Origin: a virus
Lineage: Duplodnaviria; Caudoviricetes
Length of the DNA: 40,861 bases
Strand: one strand, 5' to 3'
Virus record (IMG/VR): IMGVR_UViG_3300038321_000060
Coordinates: 1 to 40,861 of that record
The notes beneath the pieces are model-generated. The model was not told where the DNA came from. It was given only the letters and a program-made list of their open reading frames with translations, and ran no database searches. Of the stretch, positions 36,186-40,861 are shown piece by piece. Both the position numbers and the translations under genes were made by a program. Position 1 is the first letter of the stretch; every line of letters begins with the position of its first letter.

Positions 36186-36357
36186 CGGTCTTCACCTCTT
36201 TTTCCTCAAGCCTTTTTATAACCGCCGCCAGCAAACTTGGAACTGTCGGAACCTGACCCTGATCATTTGGTCACATCCGGGGTAATTGTTGCAAAGGTCA
36301 CCGGCGTAATCTCTGCAAAGGTCTAGCTTTTTTCATGCCCCGCCGACAGTATATTTA

Positions 36358-36471
36358 TGGTGCTGGGGGCGGGAACTCGAATCCTGCGCCTCCGCCATCG
36401 TGACGGTGTCCTCGATATTGGTTTTACCGCGGTTTATGCCAATACCGTGTTGACCTCTAGACCACCCCAGC
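36358..36471 (-). ncRNA. tRNA-like RNA (tRNA-Glu-like scaffold, 5-nt anticodon loop, D-loop hairpin insertion, encoded CCA)
   Basis: Acceptor GCTGGGG/CCCCAGC-A-CCA; D stem GTCT/GGAC; stem CCGTC/GGCGG; T loop TTCGAGT. Confidence 0.75.
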
Positions 36472-36475
36472 AAAT

Positions 36476-36706
36476 TTAAACGCCACGTAAGATATAACTG
36501 ATATTTTGATTTATTCGATCATGAATACTTTCGCGGAATTGTTTCATGATATCTGCTCCGGTACAAGGCCACCAACAAGTTAAACCATGTTTAAACGTTG
36601 CATCAGGATTAGCTTTTGCTAATTTAATGGCTTGAATATATTGTTTTAAAGTTACTGAGCGATCAATTGCCGGTAAATGGATTGTTCTAATTTTAATCAC
36701 TCCCAT
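36476..36706 (-). CDS. Hypothetical protein, first gene of the early leftward operon (probable ATT start at 36691)
   Basis: ORF track; directly downstream of the leftward promoter. Confidence 0.7.
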   Translation of the reverse strand: MGVIKIRTIHLPAIDRSVTLKQYIQAIKLAKANPDATFKHGLTCWWPCTGADIMKQFRESIHDRINQNISYILRGV

Positions 36707-36831
36707 TTCCTGAACTCACTTGATCAATTCCTTGAACTCAATCCCATCTTACACTCTATTTACATACTTGTCAATAACTATTTTCCAGTTTCCTAAACTT
36801 TTTTTCAATTTTTGTTGTAATGCAATGAACT
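36704..36831. promoter_or_regulatory. Putative CI/Cro operators, consensus AGTTY-N3-RAACT
   Basis: CATTTCCTGAACT 36704, AATTCCTTGAACT 36726, AGTTTCCTAAACT 36787, AATGCAATGAACT 36819, flanking or overlapping the divergent promoters. Confidence 0.6.
36746..36774 (-). promoter_or_regulatory. Early lytic promoter
   Basis: TTGACA-17 nt-TAAGAT. Confidence 0.75.
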
Positions 36832-36843
36832 TTTGTGTATAAT
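36815..36843 (+). promoter_or_regulatory. Repressor promoter
   Basis: TTGTAA-17 nt-TATAAT upstream of cI. Confidence 0.7.
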
Positions 36844-36893
36844 ATGAGCGGTCAACTGTAAACTTATGTCAATAATATTGTGAGGTGTCGGAA

Positions 36894-37523
36894 ATGAAAG
36901 ATTCTTTCGCGAATAGATTAAATACAGCTATGGGCATAAGAAATTTAAAACAAGTGGATCTGGTGGAGAAAACAGGTTTGGGTAAATCGGCCATTAGTCA
37001 GTATGTTAGCGGTATTTATGAACCTAAGCAAAGAGCACTTTATAAATTAGCCAAAGCATTAGATGTTAATGAAGCATGGTTGATGGGTTACGATGTACCG
37101 ATGGAACGTATTGTTAAAAAATACCCGGACAACCTTTTAAAAATCGAAAAAAGAAAAATCCCCATGATTGGGGAAATAGCTTGTGGAAAACCAATTGTTG
37201 CTGAAGAACACTTTGAATATTATGTTGAAGCGGGAACAAACATTAACGCTGACTTTTGTTTAAAAGTAAAGGGGGATAGCATGATCAATGCTCGGATTAA
37301 TCATGGTGATATTGTTTTTGTTAAAAAACAACCAACCGTTAATGATGGGGAGATCGCTGCCGTACTGATAAATGATGAAGCGACATTGAAAAGAATTTAC
37401 AAGGGAGATAATGAGATTATTTTAATGGCTGAAAATCCGGCTTATGCACCGATGGTTTATAAAAATTATGATGAAATTAGAATTTTGGGCAAAGCAGTGG
37501 CGTTTCAAAGTGATGTGAAATAG
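36894..37523 (+). CDS. cI: CI-like repressor (XRE HTH plus S24 autopeptidase)
   Basis: HTH N-domain; cleavage site IACG; catalytic GDSM and TLKR; start ATG 36894 after GAGGTG. Confidence 0.92.
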   Translation: MKDSFANRLNTAMGIRNLKQVDLVEKTGLGKSAISQYVSGIYEPKQRALYKLAKALDVNEAWLMGYDVPMERIVKKYPDNLLKIEKRKIPMIGEIACGKPIVAEEHFEYYVEAGTNINADFCLKVKGDSMINARINHGDIVFVKKQPTVNDGEIAAVLINDEATLKRIYKGDNEIILMAENPAYAPMVYKNYDEIRILGKAVAFQSDVK

Positions 37524-37844
37524 GTTCAAGATGGTTCAAGATGGTTCAAGATGAATTTTGGCATCTTGAACCGCTTCTAATCCTTATGTGGTAAGGCTTT
37601 ACGCTTTCCCGGTTCAAGATGGTTCAAGATGAATGGCCCTATAGTTATTATTTTTATATATAGTATATAGGGTTTTAAAATAATTTTTATACATCTATAT
37701 AAAGAACTCCAAACCATCTTGAACTACTTGAACCGACACACGCTAAACCCTTGTCATCATTGAATTACAAGCGGTTCAAGATGGTTTAAGTCATCTTGAA
37801 CCCATCTTGAACTTACCAGCTAAACAGTCATTTCATCTTGAACC
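37523..37844. repeat. Iteron array B (GGTTCAAGAT/ATCTTGAACC), paralogue of array A
   Basis: 9 perfect and 4 variant copies with the same order, orientation and spacing as 21930-22243; AT-rich core about 37640-37705. Confidence 0.8.
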
Positions 37845-37870
37845 GGAGAAAATAAAAGGAGGTTTTTAGA

Positions 37871-39106
37871 TTGGCGAGAGTAAACACCAGGAAAAGAGGA
37901 AAAGTTTGGGAATATCGTTTTGAAGGTGCAAAGATTGGTGGTGACAGGAAGCAGGTTTCTAAAAGTGGATTCAGGACACAGGCGGATGCACTAAGTGCAG
38001 GGAATAAGGCATTGGTAGAATATGAAAATGCCGGATTAAGCTTTGAACCGTCTGAAATATCAGTAAGTGATTATATGGATTACTGGTTTAAAAATTATGT
38101 TTTGATTAACTGCCGGTATAACACTCAACTTAATTATGAACAACACATTAGAAATCATATTAAACCATCGTTAGGAGTATATAAGCTAAAATCTCTTACG
38201 CCAACAATTCTTCAAGAATTTATTAATAAGAAATATCTAACTGGCATTAGTAAAAACCACTTAACAAACCTTATTACAGTTTTGAGCGGATCAATTAAAT
38301 ACGCTGTCCATCCGCTAAAATATATCAAAGAAAATCCCATGCAATACGTTAAATATCCAAAATATGAACACACCAAGAAAGATGCCAACCATAAATTAAT
38401 TACACCCAATGAATTTAATAAAATCATTGACCGGTTTCCGGTCGAATCAAATTTTTATATTCCGATCATGATTGGATATTATACTGGTTGTAGAATTGGA
38501 GAAGTGACTGCCCTGTTGTGGGAAGATGTTGATCTAAACAAAGAAACAATTGATATAAATAAGATCGTCTATTATAAACAAGAAACTAAAAGTTGGTATT
38601 TTGGCCCACCAAAAACCGAATCATCTGTGAGGGTGATTAAAATTGGTAAAACATTGGTTAATGTTTTAAAACACTATAAAAAACAGCAGTTGGAAAACCG
38701 CTTAAAGTATGGCCAACATTATACCCAGCAATACGAAAATGAAGAACAAGATGGAAATAAAAAATTAAGAAGAATTTACTCTCTTCCGCTTTCTGCCCCT
38801 TCCGGTGCTATGCAACCAATTAGCCTAATTTGCACTAAAGAAAATGGGGAAATGGTTACTCCAGACAGCTTCAAATACGCATCTAGAGTGATCAACTATG
38901 AGTTGGGAATCATGTTTAATTTCCACTCCTTACGGCACACCCACGCAACAACGCTCATTGAAAACGGTGCCGATGTTCGGGATGTCCAAGAAAGGTTAGG
39001 TCATGCTCATATTGAAACTACTCTCGGAACCTACACCCATCCCACCGAAAAAATGTCATCTCGAACAGTTGAAATATTTGAAAAAGCAAGTTTGCCCACC
39101 ACATAA
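37871..39106 (+). CDS. int: Tyrosine integrase
   Basis: Arm-binding N-domain (KSGFRT), GCRIGE, PKT, FHSLRHTH, LGH, T..TY; RBS AAGGAGG. Confidence 0.95.
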   Translation: MARVNTRKRGKVWEYRFEGAKIGGDRKQVSKSGFRTQADALSAGNKALVEYENAGLSFEPSEISVSDYMDYWFKNYVLINCRYNTQLNYEQHIRNHIKPSLGVYKLKSLTPTILQEFINKKYLTGISKNHLTNLITVLSGSIKYAVHPLKYIKENPMQYVKYPKYEHTKKDANHKLITPNEFNKIIDRFPVESNFYIPIMIGYYTGCRIGEVTALLWEDVDLNKETIDINKIVYYKQETKSWYFGPPKTESSVRVIKIGKTLVNVLKHYKKQQLENRLKYGQHYTQQYENEEQDGNKKLRRIYSLPLSAPSGAMQPISLICTKENGEMVTPDSFKYASRVINYELGIMFNFHSLRHTHATTLIENGADVRDVQERLGHAHIETTLGTYTHPTEKMSSRTVEIFEKASLPTT

Positions 39107-39378
39107 AAATATGGTGGACAAACGGTGGACAAATAGACCATAAACTGTTTTTTATTTTCTCAAACCCTTGTGATTCCTGGTTAAAACCGTTACTGTTTCT
39201 ATATGGTAAGTTTGTTGAATGTATAGCACGTTCCGTTACTTGAACTTACGTGTAGCAACTTGAACCACTATGCAAATCAAGGTTTTGAACGAAACCAAAT
39301 TGTTTATTATTACTATTTTTTACCTGCACCAACTTACAAAAACTTGTGTAAGGTGGACAAAAGGAGGACAATGTCCAC
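39091..39378. other. attP-like site with arm repeats on both sides of an rlmD-like core
   Basis: GGTGGACAAA at 39113, 39124, 39352; variants at 39091 (inverted), 39363, 39372 (inverted); minus-strand 39214-39152 reads QTYHIETVTVLTRNHKGLRK*. Confidence 0.7.
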
Positions 39379-39476
39379 GAAAAAAGACCGTTTAAAATAT
39401 GGATATTACTATTGTTACGGTATTGTTAACAAAGGAAATGGGCAGGTAAAAGGGGGTAAAATGAATTTAATGTGTA

Positions 39477-39505
39477 TTGACATTGTCACTACTTCATGGT
39501 ATAAT
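39477..39505 (+). promoter_or_regulatory. Consensus sigma-A promoter with extended -10
   Basis: TTGACA-17 nt-TATAAT preceded by TGG; palindrome TGACA-T-TGTCA overlaps the -35. Confidence 0.85.
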
Positions 39506-39537
39506 TAAATCAAGATAAAGAACCGGAGGTGCTGAAG

Positions 39538-40182
39538 ATGAAACGGAACCTAATGAAAAGAGCCCACGAAATCGCGAAAGGCCTAGAGGGGGATTACAGA
39601 GTAAGAATGAGCATAGCCCTCCGGCAAGCATGGAAGGAGGAAAAAGGAATGGGGAACGAGGCAACCGAACTAATCTCCGAATTCGGGTTAAAGCTGGGGT
39701 ACAAAGACGGCAAACCAGGATTCCATATCACCAAAAAAGTCACGCCAAAACAAATTGAACAAATCAAAGCCCTAAAAGACGAAATCATCGACGAACTACT
39801 AAAAAGAGAGGCCGCCGAGAAGGCCGCCGCCGCAGCCCGAGAAGCTAAAATCAACGACATCGAAGGACTCAAGGAACTGCAAAAAGCTATGGATGCCGAA
39901 GAAGACTACCACAGAGAAGTTAACCGCCGGTTTGAAAACGAAGCACTGTCAAGCATACTACCAACACAACCGAAAACCAGCATGAAAGAACTCAAAGAAA
40001 AATACCCTAGAGCCGCTGCCTACATCAAAGCCGAAAATTGGAAGTACGCCAACAACTACGCTAAAGTCGCCGCCGGACAGAAAGCATTAGAGAGAATCAT
40101 CAACGGCGAGAATCACGAACAAGTCCTGGCAGACATGGAAGCCGAATGGGACGCCCACCGAGAAGAGAATATGTGGAACTAA
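39538..40182 (+). CDS. Hypothetical helical phage accessory protein
   Basis: ATG 39538 after GGAGG; N-terminal MKRAHEIAK..EGDY...ALRQAW module; internal RBS AAGGAGG with ATG at 39649. Confidence 0.8.
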   Translation: MKRNLMKRAHEIAKGLEGDYRVRMSIALRQAWKEEKGMGNEATELISEFGLKLGYKDGKPGFHITKKVTPKQIEQIKALKDEIIDELLKREAAEKAAAAAREAKINDIEGLKELQKAMDAEEDYHREVNRRFENEALSSILPTQPKTSMKELKEKYPRAAAYIKAENWKYANNYAKVAAGQKALERIINGENHEQVLADMEAEWDAHREENMWN

Positions 40183-40243
40183 CAAAAAACAAGGCCCGCC
40201 GGGAGCCTTATCCCGGTAAATAAAAAAGTGAGGTGCTTGAAAA

Positions 40244-40630
40244 ATGTACGGAAAAATAGGTGACAAGGCTGTGACTCTCAACGGATCTTTTGACTACGGG
40301 AAAGACATTGGTGTATCCGGTACGGTCTACCGGGATATTGACGGCAACTGGTATACGGGGAGACATGTGGCGCAGGGATATAACAGATATATTGCACTCA
40401 CTCCCCTCCCCGTTGAAAAACTAGCTAAAATGGAGGATTTAGGCTTGGGAGGACTAAACGTTATGAAAGATTACATCCAAATCCGAATTGACACCGATCT
40501 TAAAGAACGCTTCCGGCAGGTGGCCGAAGTGCAAAACCCCGGCCTCCCTAAAAACCAAGTCATGTCGGCGGTTGTCCGCGAGATGATCGTTGAATACATC
40601 GAAAAGTATAAGGTAAATAATAATGTCTAA
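40244..40630 (+). CDS. Hypothetical protein with C-terminal ribbon-helix-helix-like domain
   Basis: RBS GAGGTG; C-terminal IQIRIDTDLKERF...MSAVVREMIVEYI resembles CopG/Arc; internal GGAGG with ATG at 40463. Confidence 0.7.
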   Translation: MYGKIGDKAVTLNGSFDYGKDIGVSGTVYRDIDGNWYTGRHVAQGYNRYIALTPLPVEKLAKMEDLGLGGLNVMKDYIQIRIDTDLKERFRQVAEVQNPGLPKNQVMSAVVREMIVEYIEKYKVNNNV

Positions 40631-40861
40631 AAGTCCCCGCTCCCTCTTCCTGGTCAATGTCTATTATAGCCCGTCAACGCTGGAAGGTAAGAAAATATAC
40701 AACTGGGTTTTACAACAAAATAACGTCTCTCAAGCCGTCCGGGACTTAATCCTGCTGTACGGTGAGGATTACAACAAGCTTGAGAAGCCACAAAAGCTAA
40801 CCCTTTACCAGCGGCGTCGATTAGGCGGTCTGTGTGTCAGGTGCGGGAAACCCGCAGGGGG
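40623..40861 (+). CDS. Hypothetical protein, partial (runs off the window edge), with CxxC motif
   Basis: Hand translation MSKSPRSLFLVNVYY...NVSQAVRDLILLYG...GLCVRCGKPAG; RBS AAGGT; overlaps the upstream stop. Confidence 0.6.
   Translation, partial: MSKSPRSLFLVNVYYSPSTLEGKKIYNWVLQQNNVSQAVRDLILLYGEDYNKLEKPQKLTLYQRRRLGGLCVRCGKPAG

Larger units (their letters stand above)
1..40861. mobile_element. Temperate myovirus genome (partial), apparently with attP intact
   Basis: Contiguous tail, head, packaging, replication, immunity and integration modules; no host housekeeping gene recognised. Confidence 0.92.

Noticed and set aside
36178-36336. Small gene with a short tandem repeat (GACCTTTGCA x2)
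   Set aside because: The ATG frame stops after 12 codons and other frames lack a start; at best a decayed remnant.
36358-36471. Functional tRNA-Ser(CGA) or tRNA attachment-site remnant
   Set aside because: The loop lacks U33 and a 7-nt geometry, there is no long variable arm, and the att site lies elsewhere (39.1-39.4 kb).
36700-36890. Gram-positive LexA (SOS) box
   Set aside because: Sites have GTTC-N3-GAAC polarity, not GAAC-N4-GTTC; better explained as phage operators.
39260-39508. 82-aa ORF after the integrase
   Set aside because: Overlaps att arm repeats and the downstream promoter, has no RBS and an unnatural composition.
1510-40657. Numerous short antisense or nested alternative-frame ORFs in the track (e.g. 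6945-7247, 14491-14763, 29853-30194, 32037-32414, 39594-39872)
   Set aside because: They lie within well-supported genes and show no recognisable motifs; treated as shadow ORFs.

Overview
Most of the genome of a temperate, low-GC Firmicutes (Clostridia-like) myovirus with an SPP1-type head and a PBSX/phiCD119-type contractile tail. Nearly all genes are on the minus strand: tail fibre/baseplate (1-5.8 kb), tail (5.8-11 kb), head and packaging (12.5-20.6 kb), late activator (21.4-21.9 kb) and a PolB/P4-type primase/SNF2 replication and accessory early operon (22.2-36.7 kb). The CI repressor, tyrosine integrase, an apparently intact attP and a strongly promoted accessory cassette are on the plus strand (36.9-40.9 kb). 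No lysis genes are in the window. Features the ORF track misses: (1) a complete group I intron (11135-12223) with its homing endonuclease in the P5 region, splitting the HK97-gp10-like tail-completion gene; (2) two paralogous, spacing-conserved GGTTCAAGAT iteron arrays 15.6 kb apart, each directly upstream of a life-cycle gene (late activator, integrase) and reminiscent of the two-site P4 ori1/crr replicon; (3) a 114-nt CCA-ended, tRNA-Glu-like RNA with no usable anticodon and an extra hairpin in its D-loop; (4) an attP carrying a replacement 3' end resembling rlmD; (5) a candidate alternative-hairpin RNA switch, a -1 tail-chaperone frameshift, a frameshifted mazG and several probable ATT/ATC/ATA starts. 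All family assignments come from motif recognition and synteny, not database searches.
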